A DNA stretch of 64,000 nucleotides from assembly GCA_019694975.1 (NCBI GenBank), contig JAIBAY010000007.1, positions 1,283-65,282 of the forward strand, read 5' to 3'. This stretch comes from Chitinophagales bacterium (GTDB lineage Bacteria; Bacteroidota; Bacteroidia; Chitinophagales; UBA10324). How positions within the stretch are numbered: position 1 is the first letter of the stretch; each line of letters begins with the position of its first letter. Of the stretch, positions 9,888 to 19,669 are shown piece after piece. The notes below the pieces were generated by a model. That model saw nothing but the letters and a program-made list of their open reading frames with translations, was not told where the DNA came from and did no database searches. A program made the position numbers and the translations under genes.

Positions 9888-10607
9888 TTATCTTTTCCGC
9901 AGCCATTCATAAAATGCCGGAAACATTTTACGCCAGCTGCTTTCAGTATGCGTGCCCTTTTCGCTGATGCTGACGACAACTTTGCAATGCATGTTTTTCC
10001 CGATGCTGTCGCTGACGGCTTCTACCAGTTCCACCATATTTTCGCCTTCATTTCTTCCGCCATAGAAATAGTAGCGCTGATGTTCATGGCCGTTGGGCGG
10101 CGTGGCATCAATCTGCGCCAGCAAATCCGGCACGAGCCAGAAGGAAGGAGAGATTACGCCTATCGAACCAAAAACTTTGGGATAATAAAGTCCCGCATAA
10201 AATGAAATCAGCCCGCCGAGTGAACTGCCGGCAATAGCCGTATTACCCGGCCCTGGCATAGTCCTGAAATTTTTATCGATGTATGGCTTCAGCACGGTAA
10301 CCAGAATATTCAGGTACACTCTTCCCAATCCAATGCCATGCTCCTCGGTGTTATTGGGATTATATTCATTGATGCGGTTTTCACCGCCATTGTCAATGCC
10401 AATCACTATGCCGGCAAAATTCACCGAATCAAGATATTCATCAATCTGCCATTCGCCGGAAAAGGATGTCTGCACATCAAAAAGATTCTGCCCGTCCTGC
10501 ATATATAACACCGGATATTTTTTTTCAGTAATGGCATAATCACCCGGCAGATAAACCCATATTCTCCTGTTGATATTAAGTTCAGTGATATAAAGTGACG
10601 TATACAT
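9888..10607 (-). CDS. alpha/beta-hydrolase, putative esterase family (esterase D / CE1-like)
   Basis: YPVLYMQDGQNLFD and the nucleophile elbow IAGSSLGGLISFY are present. The start is taken at MYTSLYITEL (ATG 10607) so the gene does not overlap the glgX stop at 10619. The ORF is open to 10682. Confidence 0.8.
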   Translation of the reverse strand: MYTSLYITELNINRRIWVYLPGDYAITEKKYPVLYMQDGQNLFDVQTSFSGEWQIDEYLDSVNFAGIVIGIDNGGENRINEYNPNNTEEHGIGLGRVYLNILVTVLKPYIDKNFRTMPGPGNTAIAGSSLGGLISFYAGLYYPKVFGSIGVISPSFWLVPDLLAQIDATPPNGHEHQRYYFYGGRNEGENMVELVEAVSDSIGKNMHCKVVVSISEKGTHTESSWRKMFPAFYEWLRKR

Positions 10608-10618
10608 AAAACGCTCAA

Positions 10619-12757
10619 TCAGGATGTTTTTACATTCCTCCTGGAAAACAAAATTACGATGGAATGCTGTTCCACACGACAAGTTTGCTGGTTATAGAAT
10701 GGCGCATCGTCCCATTCACAGATATCATTAGGAGAAGGCAGTGAAGTATCAATCCAGCGTCTCCATCCCTGCCCTGCTGTTTCATGTACCGGTGGAATCT
10801 CAAATTCAAGAGCTTCGTGGTAGGTATTAAACATATAGTGAATTTCAACCGATCCGCCGATGGACAAAGTTGTAACGGCAATGGAGTGCGAAGCATCGCT
10901 CCAGTCAGGCTGATGCAGTTTCACTCCATGCCAGGTTACCAGTGGCTTATCCAGCAACTCTTTCAGGCTGAGCTTGTATTTTTTTTGCGCGGAGTCGCGG
11001 TTGTTCCTCACATCATTCAGCATCTTCACAAAGCGGAGCACATCGGCATGCTTGTCCGGCAGGCGCCAGTCGAACCAGGTAAGTTCATTGTCGTGGCAGT
11101 ATGCATTGTTATTGCCGAATTGCGTCCTCCGCACTTCATCGCCCATCAGGATCATCGGAACACCCAGTGACAACAGGTTTATCGTAAGAAAATTTTTTAT
11201 CTGCCTGTTACGCAGCAATTCCACCTGCGGATCATCCGACGGACCTTCTGTGCCGCAGTTCCAGCTCAGATTATAGGTTGACCCATCCCTGCCTTGTTCT
11301 CCATTTGCTTCATTATGTTTCGTGTTGTAGCTCACTAGATCATTGAGTGTAAAGCCGTCATGGCAGGTAACGAAGTTGATGCTCTGTTCGGGGCCCCTGT
11401 CCTTTGGCAGGTAGATATCGGGGCTTCCAAGGAGCCGTGATGTGAGCCGCGGAATGGTTGCATTATCACCTCTCAGTGCTGAACGTACATCATCCCTGAA
11501 CTTCCCATTCCACTCCTTCCAGCTATCGCCGGTAAAAGTTCCTACCTGGTAGAGGCCGACAGCATCCCAAGCTTCCGCGATGAGTTTGACACCGGCGAGT
11601 ACAGGATCAGATTCAAGGTCCCAAAGCACGGGCGGATTCTCCAGCGGCATTCCGTTTTCATCCCTCGAGAGAATAGAAGCAAGATCGAAACGAAATCCAT
11701 CCACATGCATTTCTTCCACCCAGAAATGAATGGCATCAATAATCATACGCCGCACGATTGCATGATTTGCATTGAGTGTGTTGCCGGTGCCTGAATAGTT
11801 GGCATATTTTGATTTATCCTTGTCGAGGATATAATAAACACTGTTATCAATACAGCGAAAACTATAGGACGGTCCTTTCTCATCCACTTCCGCAGTATGA
11901 TTAAACACTACATCCAGGATCACTTCCAAACCTGCACGATGAAATGCTTTCACCATATCACGAAAATCATCCAATGCCTGCAACGGATCATCTCCGCCTG
12001 CATACGCCTGGTGCGGCGCGAAAAAACTCACCGGGCAATAACCCCAGTAATTCACTTTGCCGGGCGGGCAATCATCTTTGTCAAACTGAAAGACAGGGAG
12101 CAGTTCCACTGCGGTGATTCCCAAATCAACGAGGTATGGAATTTTTTCTATCAGCCCTTTATAGGTACCTCTTTTTCCGGCTGTAACTCCTGAACCGGGA
12201 TGTTTAGTGAATCCTGCCACATGCATCTCATAGATGATTGTTTGTGAGAATGGAAGTTCAAGTGGCTTGTCGCCTTCCCAGTCGTACCGTGACAGATCAG
12301 CCACAACGCTTTTCATGGATGGTACGCTCACCTTACCGCGTTTTTTACAGGCGGCGCGGCTGAACCCTTCCGGAACGGCTACCGCTTTGGCATACGGATC
12401 AAGTAATATTTTTTCACCATCAAACCGATGACCGTTGCCGGGATCAAACGGGCCATGGACCCTGTAACCATACAACTGTCCTGCCTTAATGCCATGCACA
12501 AACACATGCCAGTAGTGATAGGTTTTATGGTGCACGCTGTCGAGGTGAATTACCTGCGAAGGTTCCACATCATCCGCTTCGCGGAAAAACAATAACTCAA
12601 CTGCAAGGGCATTTTTTGAAAACAGGGAGAAGTTGGCGCCGCCCTCTGCCAGTGTGGCACCAATTGGATGCGATAGTCCTCTTTCGCAGGTAAACCCGCC
12701 AGCTATCTTCGCAGGCATCCCGTTCACATTTAATCTTTGCTCAGCTTCACGTTCCAT
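10619..12757 (-). CDS. glgX: glycogen debranching enzyme (GH13, GlgX type)
   Basis: N-terminal CBM48-like PIGATLAEGGANFSLFS, and GH13 catalytic regions VILDVVFNHT, VDGFRFDLAS, LIAEAWD and FVTCHDGFTLNDL. An alternative start at MPAKIAGG (12718) would remove the 28-nt overlap with glgP. Confidence 0.9.
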   Translation of the reverse strand: MEREAEQRLNVNGMPAKIAGGFTCERGLSHPIGATLAEGGANFSLFSKNALAVELLFFREADDVEPSQVIHLDSVHHKTYHYWHVFVHGIKAGQLYGYRVHGPFDPGNGHRFDGEKILLDPYAKAVAVPEGFSRAACKKRGKVSVPSMKSVVADLSRYDWEGDKPLELPFSQTIIYEMHVAGFTKHPGSGVTAGKRGTYKGLIEKIPYLVDLGITAVELLPVFQFDKDDCPPGKVNYWGYCPVSFFAPHQAYAGGDDPLQALDDFRDMVKAFHRAGLEVILDVVFNHTAEVDEKGPSYSFRCIDNSVYYILDKDKSKYANYSGTGNTLNANHAIVRRMIIDAIHFWVEEMHVDGFRFDLASILSRDENGMPLENPPVLWDLESDPVLAGVKLIAEAWDAVGLYQVGTFTGDSWKEWNGKFRDDVRSALRGDNATIPRLTSRLLGSPDIYLPKDRGPEQSINFVTCHDGFTLNDLVSYNTKHNEANGEQGRDGSTYNLSWNCGTEGPSDDPQVELLRNRQIKNFLTINLLSLGVPMILMGDEVRRTQFGNNNAYCHDNELTWFDWRLPDKHADVLRFVKMLNDVRNNRDSAQKKYKLSLKELLDKPLVTWHGVKLHQPDWSDASHSIAVTTLSIGGSVEIHYMFNTYHEALEFEIPPVHETAGQGWRRWIDTSLPSPNDICEWDDAPFYNQQTCRVEQHSIVILFSRRNVKTS

Positions 12758-15327
12758 ATTTTTTCACAGTATTCACGCACCGACCTGTCGGATGAAAAAT
12801 AACCCATCGCAGCTACATTGAGAATAGACATCATCAGCCACTTTTCCTGCTGCAGATAGATGGCATCAACATTTTCCTGGCATTTGACGAATGCTTCATA
12901 GTCGGCGAGCACCAGGTAAGGATCCTGGTTCAGCAATGAGTCCACCAACGGCTGAAATACCTTGCCATCACCGCCGGAGAAAATTCCTTGCTGAATGGTA
13001 TCGATCGCTTCCCTGAGTTCGGCATGCTGTTCATAGTAGTCGCGTGGCCGGTAACCCTTTGACTGCATAGCCGCTACCTCAGCGCTACTGAGGCCAAAGA
13101 GGAAAAAATTTTCATTCCCAACTGCTTCGCGCATTTCAACATTGGCGCCATCCAGTGTTCCGATCGTGAGTGCACCATTCATGGCAAACTTCATATTTCC
13201 CGTTCCTGATGCTTCTTTACCTGCTGTAGAAATCTGTACCGAAAGGTCAGCAGCACGGTAGATCCATTCACTGTTTTTTACATTGAAATCAGGATAGAAA
13301 ACAACCTTCATTCTGCCTGCCACATCAAAGTCGTTGTTGATGACAGCCGCAATCGCATTGATGAGTTTAATGATCATTCTTGCGAGGAAATATCCGGGCG
13401 CCGCTTTACCGCCGAAAATATACGTGCGCGGAACGACCTCCAACTTTGGGTTTTTCTTTATGCGGTTATAGCGCGTGATGATATGCAGCAGGCTCAGGTG
13501 TTGGCGCTTGTATTCATGAATGCGCTTTGCCTGAATTTCAAAGAGTGTATCAGGATTAACCAGTACGCCCGTCGTAACGATCAGCTGATCGGCAAGGGCG
13601 CGTTTGTTTTGGTGTTTGATTTCCTTCCACCTTTTTTGAAAGGCCGCATCATCCGCCAGCTTCGAAAGTTTTTCCAGGTTAGTTTCAAGATGGGTTACCC
13701 AGCTATCGCCGAGATGTTCCGTCAGCAAAGCACTGAGCCCCGGATTATACTGCAGGATCCATCGCCTTGGCGTCACGCCATTCGTGATATTCAGGAATTT
13801 TTCCGGCGTAATAGTATTGAAATCATGCAGTACTTCCTTTGTCAGCAGCGCTGTATGCAAAGCGGAAACACCATTGATATGATGGCTGCCCACGGATGCC
13901 AGGTGCGCCATACGTATGGCCTTGCCGCCGGTTTCATCGATGATGGAAAGCCGGGAGAGCAGCTCATTGTCGCCGGGAAATTGTTCTTTTACTGCATCAA
14001 GGAATCGCTGATTGATTTCAAAAATTATTTCCAGGTGGCGGGGCAACAAGGATTGAAACAGGTACATCGGCCATGTCTCCAGTGCTTCAGGCAGCAACGT
14101 ATGATTTGTGTAACTGAACACCTGTTGTGTAACCTGCCATGCTTCCACCCATTCAAACTGATGTTCATCCACGAGCAGCCGCATCAGTTCGGCAATAGCC
14201 ACGGAAGGATGTGTATCATTCAGCTGCAGGGCAACATGCTCGTGCAGCTTATTCACCGGATGGCCACGCAATTTTTGCATATGGATGGCATCCTGCAACG
14301 AACAGGACACAAAAAAATACTGTTGACTCAGGCGCAGCCGCTTGCCTGCCTCAGGCTCATCATTGGGATACAACACTTTCGAGATGCTCTCTGCTCTTAT
14401 CTTCTCATTTACTGCCGCCTCATAGTTGCCGCGGTTGAATTCACTGAAATCAAATGACTCCACGGCTTCCGATTTCCACAACCGCAGAAAGCTGATATGA
14501 TCATTCTTATAACCCGGCACCGGCGTATCATACGCAACACCTTTCACTTCATAATCCGGTAACCAGTTTACGTGGTAATTGCCATCATCATCTGTTATTG
14601 CTTCCGTATGTCCGCCGAATTTTACCGCGTACGCAACTTCCGTTTGAGGAAACTCCCATGGATTGCCAAACCGCAGCCATTTATCCGCCACTTCAACCTG
14701 TTCACCATGTTTAATCCGTTGTTCAAACATGCCGAATTCATAACGTATGCCATAGCCGATCGCCGGTACTTTAAGCGATGCGAGTGAATCAAGATAACAG
14801 GCTGCCAGCCGGCCCAGCCCTCCGTTGCCAAGCCCGGGTTCTTCTTCCTGATGAAGCAGCTTACTGAAATCAAGCCCGAGCGATTCAACGGCATGCTTCA
14901 CTGCATCATGAAGTCCAAGGTTGACCAATGCATTACCAAGGTGCGGGCCAACGAGAAATTCGGCGGAGAGGTAGCCAACCATTTTTTCTCCCGACCGGTG
15001 CAGTTTTTTTAAGGAAGGAATCCAGCCACTGAGCATCCTGCCGCGCAGCGTATAGGCAACCGCCATGTACCAGTCATTCAGGGTAGCAATTTCAGGCGAC
15101 CGTCCCTGTACGTAATATAAATTATCAAGAATTGCCTTTTTGATCTCACCGGATTCAATGGTGAAATGGTTTTGATCTATACCCTTAACCACATGATTTA
15201 CTTTAAACAGGATGGCTGCTAAATTATCTGTACCCGCTACGGACTTTTGATTTGCCAGGCCAACTAACAAGCCAAATATAAAAATGAATTCAGAATTCAA
15301 CTCGCTGTGATCAAAACAGGACGACAT
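12730..15327 (-). CDS. glgP: glycogen/maltodextrin phosphorylase (GT35)
   Basis: The pyridoxal-phosphate site EASGTGNMKFAMNGALTIGTLDGANVE is present and the length is right for the family. The first ~50 residues are atypical, so the true start is uncertain. Confidence 0.9.
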   Translation of the reverse strand: MSSCFDHSELNSEFIFIFGLLVGLANQKSVAGTDNLAAILFKVNHVVKGIDQNHFTIESGEIKKAILDNLYYVQGRSPEIATLNDWYMAVAYTLRGRMLSGWIPSLKKLHRSGEKMVGYLSAEFLVGPHLGNALVNLGLHDAVKHAVESLGLDFSKLLHQEEEPGLGNGGLGRLAACYLDSLASLKVPAIGYGIRYEFGMFEQRIKHGEQVEVADKWLRFGNPWEFPQTEVAYAVKFGGHTEAITDDDGNYHVNWLPDYEVKGVAYDTPVPGYKNDHISFLRLWKSEAVESFDFSEFNRGNYEAAVNEKIRAESISKVLYPNDEPEAGKRLRLSQQYFFVSCSLQDAIHMQKLRGHPVNKLHEHVALQLNDTHPSVAIAELMRLLVDEHQFEWVEAWQVTQQVFSYTNHTLLPEALETWPMYLFQSLLPRHLEIIFEINQRFLDAVKEQFPGDNELLSRLSIIDETGGKAIRMAHLASVGSHHINGVSALHTALLTKEVLHDFNTITPEKFLNITNGVTPRRWILQYNPGLSALLTEHLGDSWVTHLETNLEKLSKLADDAAFQKRWKEIKHQNKRALADQLIVTTGVLVNPDTLFEIQAKRIHEYKRQHLSLLHIITRYNRIKKNPKLEVVPRTYIFGGKAAPGYFLARMIIKLINAIAAVINNDFDVAGRMKVVFYPDFNVKNSEWIYRAADLSVQISTAGKEASGTGNMKFAMNGALTIGTLDGANVEMREAVGNENFFLFGLSSAEVAAMQSKGYRPRDYYEQHAELREAIDTIQQGIFSGGDGKVFQPLVDSLLNQDPYLVLADYEAFVKCQENVDAIYLQQEKWLMMSILNVAAMGYFSSDRSVREYCEKIWNVKLSKD

Positions 15328-15535
15328 TATCCTTGCTGCAATCTTTTCACCCGATTAAAATCGAATACAGGGGATAATCTTTTGTCATTGTATGAACTGA
15401 TTGCAATATTGTAAATTATGCTGTCGTGATCATTTTGAAATAAAATCAAAGAGAAAGATTGCCGTAATGCAAAAAGGTTGCCCCTTGCCGTTGATTTTAA
15501 TCAACGGCCAATATCTTCTCATCAACCCCATCATT

Positions 15536-16281
15536 TTACAGAAAAGCAACCCTTCCGGTTTTCACACCATAAAGTGCTCCAGCTATTTTTATCTCCCCTT
15601 GCTTCTCCATCTCACTCAGTATCTTGCTTCGGCTCCTGATGTTGCTTATGGTCAGTTCAACATTTTTTTGCAGACGGTATCCGGATATGCTTTGTTTTTT
15701 GCGTTTTTTTCACCGTCATACCATTGTGTGCTGTCAACAGCCGGTCTGATTTTCTTCACTAAAGCTGCGATGTTGCCAAGGCGCACATCTTCAACAGCAG
15801 ATTTGATTGCGCCACATTCGGAGTGACCCATCACAACAATCAGTTTTGCCCCTGCCACTTTACAAGCATATTCCATACTGCCTAAAATATCTTCATTGAC
15901 GATATTACCCGCTACCCTTGCCACGAAAATATCGCCGATCCCTTTATCGAAAACTTCTTCAACAGGAATTCTTGAATCGAGACAGGAAAGAATTACCGCT
16001 TCAGGAAATTGCCCGCTTGCAGCACTGTGCACCTGCGCCGAGTACAGCCTGGCCGTCAGTTTATCATTCAGGAACCTGGCATTCCCTTCGTTCCGCAGTT
16101 ACAGCACACTGTCTTGTGTCAGGGCTGCCTGTTCTTCTTTCGTCAGCACTTTTTCCACCAGCGGCTTTTCATTTACCTGCTGTACCGAAGCTGTGCCTGC
16201 TGGCGCAGGTTTTTGAGTACTGACATTGCTGCACGAATAAAATAGCAATATCATTGACTGGAAGAGCAGAATTTTTTTCAT
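15536..16281 (-). pseudogene. beta-class carbonic anhydrase with lipoprotein signal peptide, disrupted by an in-frame TAA and a homopolymer frameshift
   Basis: Three collinear pieces. (1) 16281..16102: MKKILLFQSMILLFYSC...LTQDSVL, then TAA at 16099..16101. (2) The same frame continues LRNEGNARFLNDKL...SCLDSR...GHSECG to 15652. (3) After the T7 run at 15663..15669 the C-terminus NVELTISNIRSRSKILSEMEKQGEIKIAGALYGVKTGRVAFL* reads in another frame, with its stop at 15536..15538. Confidence 0.75.
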
Positions 16282-16600
16282 GTTTTGTGAGATGAATGTT
16301 TGACTTGTATAATTGAATATTCATGGACAATGTAACCAATAACGGCATAAGATTTCTTCTGCAACATTTTGAAGGAAAATACACAGACTGCATTAAAACG
16401 TAAGCAGATGCATGGTATTTCCCTATTCCAATCATTCAATAAAAAATATCCGGTAGAGATTATTCTCCGGCCGCTTATTCCGTCGTCATCAATAAAGAAC
16501 TTTTCCTTAATGCACTTAAGATAAAATCATGAATAGTCCGGCCAGCTATAGACATAGCTGACGGAAGGAAGTTGTCATTAAACGGAATCTTCTAAATAAC

Positions 16601-16608
16601 TACTTTTG
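16601..16608 (+). promoter_or_regulatory. possible Bacteroidota -7 promoter element (TAnnTTTG)
   Basis: TACTTTTG lies 24 nt upstream of the ppk2-like ATG at 16632. This is a motif match only, with no convincing -33 element. Confidence 0.3.
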
Positions 16609-16631
16609 AGTTATTCAAACTATGCATTACC

Positions 16632-17537
16632 ATGAAACTGAAAGAAATCATTAAAGCATCACATGAGCTGTCATCACCTTACAGAATCACCGATGGTGAA
16701 AAGTTCAAACTGAAAGATGTTGATCCCGGCGACACCGGTTCATTAGGTTCGGAAGATAAGCCCCGGGCCAAGGAAGCACTGCAGATTGGCGTGGAAGCAC
16801 TTGCCACCTTACAGGACATGCTGTATGCGCAGGACCGCTGGAGTTTATTACTGATCTTCCAGGCCATGGATGCCGCCGGAAAAGATGGCGCCATCAAGCA
16901 TGTGATGAGCGGCGTGAATCCGCAGGGCTGCCAGGTTTCTTCTTTCAAAGCGCCCACTTCCACGGACCTCGATCATGACTACCTATGGAGATGCCAGCGG
17001 GAATTACCGGAACGGGGACGCATCGGGATTTTTAACCGCTCTTATTATGAAGAAGTGCTCGTAGTAAAGGTGCATCCCGAATTGCTGAAATATCAGAAAA
17101 TTCCACCGCACCTCATGGATAAGGATCTCTTTGACAATCGCTACAAGGAGTTACGCAACTTTGAAAAATACCTCTCCAGGAATGGGACCGTAACCGTAAA
17201 ATTCTTTCTGCATCTGTCGCGTAAAGAACAGAAAAAACGATTCCTCGAACGTTTTGACATTGCCGATAAGAACTGGAAAGTTTCGCCATCGGATATTAAA
17301 GAACGTGCCTACTGGGACGAATACATGGATGCATATGAAAAAATGATTCAGCAGACTGCCACCAAACATTCACCCTGGTACGTAATTCCCGCTGATAATA
17401 AATGGTACACCCGTGTCATAGTCGCCGCGTCAATTATTGATACCCTTGCTGGCATGGATCTGCACTATCCGAAAGTGGATGAAGCAAAAATGAAGGAGAT
17501 TGCCGCTGCCAAGGAACTATTGCTGGCCGAAAAATAA
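16632..17537 (+). CDS. polyphosphate kinase 2 (PPK2) family polyphosphate:nucleotide phosphotransferase
   Basis: The Walker-A-like FQAMDAAGKDGAIKHV, then LWRCQRELPERGRIGIFNRSYYEEVLV and WYVIPADNKW, match the PPK2 pattern. Confidence 0.88.
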   Translation: MKLKEIIKASHELSSPYRITDGEKFKLKDVDPGDTGSLGSEDKPRAKEALQIGVEALATLQDMLYAQDRWSLLLIFQAMDAAGKDGAIKHVMSGVNPQGCQVSSFKAPTSTDLDHDYLWRCQRELPERGRIGIFNRSYYEEVLVVKVHPELLKYQKIPPHLMDKDLFDNRYKELRNFEKYLSRNGTVTVKFFLHLSRKEQKKRFLERFDIADKNWKVSPSDIKERAYWDEYMDAYEKMIQQTATKHSPWYVIPADNKWYTRVIVAASIIDTLAGMDLHYPKVDEAKMKEIAAAKELLLAEK

Positions 17538-17687
17538 AGTCCATCAGCGGCGTGTCTTTCAACAGCACCGGCACTCATGGCAACAGTCAGCAAGATGTTT
17601 ACAGCCACCGCCAATTGCGAGTAACATGCAAAAGTCGATGATCAACTCTTCATTTATTAATGTCAATCGCTGTAGATATTATTTCCG

Positions 17688-19406
17688 ATGAACGAACATG
17701 CAACATTTAATGCTGAATCCGTACACCTGAAACACGGCCGTTTGCGTGCTGTAGTTCCCATCCTGGAGTGGCTTCCGCTGTATGATCGGAAATTTCTTTC
17801 CCGAGATCTGCTTGCCGGTATTACGCTTGCTTCTTTTGTTTTGCCAGAGTCGATGGCGTATGCAACACTTGCCGGGCTTCCGGTTCAGGCCGGTATTTAT
17901 TGTTGTCTGGGGGCAGGGTTGTTCTTTGCCCTCTTCACGACGGCCAGGCATGTTGCCGTCGGCCCAACCTCTGCGATATCGCTGATGGTTGGAACAACAG
18001 TTGCCGTTCTCTCCGGCGGCGACCTCAGCCGGTGGGCCGCTATTGCAGGTCTCACGGCACTGGTGATTGCAGCCTTTTGTGCAATTGCCTTCATTTTTAA
18101 ACTGAGCAGCCTGGTTAATTTCATCAGCGAAAGCATCCTGCTGGGATTTAAAGCAGGTGCCGCATTGTCTATTGCGGCCACACAGCTACCTAAAATCTTC
18201 GGAGTGAAAGGCGGAGGCTCCAATTTTTTTGAGCGAATCATGTTGCTCATGCAGCAACTTCCCCTCATCAACTGGACCGTTTTTGCTTTCGCAATCGCCG
18301 CGCTGGCCCTGCTGCTTACAGGTGATAAATTGTTTCCCGGAAAACCGGTTTCGCTTTTAGTAGTTATAGCTTCCATCGCTGTGGTATCAGTAACGCCGCT
18401 CTCATCACTGGGCATTCATATTACAGGTGCAATTCCGGGCGGATTGCCATCCATTGCGCGGCCCTCTTTGCGGATGCAGGATGTAGATGGCGTGCTCGAA
18501 CTGGCTTTTGCCTGCTTCCTGATGGGATACATTGAAACTGTTTCCGCCGCACGAACCTTTGCCATAAAACACAATTATAACATCAATCCGCGACAGGAAT
18601 TACTGGCGATGGGTGCTGCAAATTTTGCAGCGGCTTTCGCAGGTGGTTATCCTGTCGCCGGTGGCCTGTCACAATCAACGGTAAATGAAAAGTCAGGTGC
18701 TAAAACACCTATGTCGCTGATCATCTGTTCTGCTACACTCGCTGTGTTGTTGCTTTTCTGCACCGGTCTTCTGAAAAATCTGCCGGAAGTGCTGCTGGCA
18801 GTGATTGTGATACATGCTGTAGCTGGCCTGATTAAAGTGAAAGAACTTCGGCATCTGTTCCGGCTAAGCAAGCTTGAATTTACTGTTGCTATGATTGCTA
18901 TTGCCGGTGTATTGGTCTTCGGCATACTCAAAGGAGTGATGATTGCGGCCCTGATGTCTATTGCTTTCCTCTTACGACGAACAGCCACACCGAATGTGGC
19001 AGTGCTTGGCCGTATCAAAAACACTGATCGGTATTCCGATATCCGTCGGCATCCCGACAACCAGGAAATAGAAGGCATTAAAATATTCAGGGTGGAATCA
19101 TCCATTCTTTACTTCAATGCCGGCTATATTCAAACAGACATCTTACAGAAACTGGATAAAGAGACCAATCGTTGCAGGCTGCTAATCCTCGACTTGTCCG
19201 CCTCGCCTGCCGTTGATGTTTCCGGATCAAAAATGCTGCTGCAGCTGAGTAATGAGTTGAAGCAACGCGGCATCACCTTCAGAATTGTAGAAGCATTGTC
19301 TGATGTGCGCGACCTGCTTCGTTTACAAGGCATGGAAGAGATAACGGGACATATCAGCCGAAAGGTTTCAGTGCATAGTGTGGTAGAGGAATTTATTCCG
19401 GCATAG
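17688..19406 (+). CDS. SulP family inorganic anion (sulfate/bicarbonate) transporter with C-terminal STAS domain
   Basis: N-terminal LPILEWLPLYDRKFLSRDLLAGITLA, multiple TM segments, and a STAS-like tail LLILDLSASPAVDVSGSKMLLQL. Confidence 0.9.
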   Translation: MNEHATFNAESVHLKHGRLRAVVPILEWLPLYDRKFLSRDLLAGITLASFVLPESMAYATLAGLPVQAGIYCCLGAGLFFALFTTARHVAVGPTSAISLMVGTTVAVLSGGDLSRWAAIAGLTALVIAAFCAIAFIFKLSSLVNFISESILLGFKAGAALSIAATQLPKIFGVKGGGSNFFERIMLLMQQLPLINWTVFAFAIAALALLLTGDKLFPGKPVSLLVVIASIAVVSVTPLSSLGIHITGAIPGGLPSIARPSLRMQDVDGVLELAFACFLMGYIETVSAARTFAIKHNYNINPRQELLAMGAANFAAAFAGGYPVAGGLSQSTVNEKSGAKTPMSLIICSATLAVLLLFCTGLLKNLPEVLLAVIVIHAVAGLIKVKELRHLFRLSKLEFTVAMIAIAGVLVFGILKGVMIAALMSIAFLLRRTATPNVAVLGRIKNTDRYSDIRRHPDNQEIEGIKIFRVESSILYFNAGYIQTDILQKLDKETNRCRLLILDLSASPAVDVSGSKMLLQLSNELKQRGITFRIVEALSDVRDLLRLQGMEEITGHISRKVSVHSVVEEFIPA

Positions 19407-19669
19407 GACAGCCCCGGAATTCTGACTTCGAAGATGTATGCCTCCCCTGATGGTCAGCAGACTATTTACTTTCATCTTGCCAGCGCTGATTTACACAGTC
19501 CCGTTTCCTTTCAGATTAAAACACTGTGCTGAACAGCAACAATGCTGTGCCGATACAACGTTGCTACCTGCAGGTATAAGCTGCATTGGCTTCTTTGCCC
19601 TTTCCGGCAAAAATCATTATTACATACCACTCATTTTTTTAGCTTTAGACTTCATTCAACAGAAGCATC

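Noticed and set aside
13483-14457. A 324-aa plus-strand ORF.
   Set aside because: It is entirely antisense to the well-supported glycogen phosphorylase gene and has low-complexity, family-less sequence.
17897-18415. A 172-aa minus-strand ORF.
   Set aside because: It is antisense to the SulP transporter, and its Ala/Ser/Pro-rich composition is typical of a shadow ORF.
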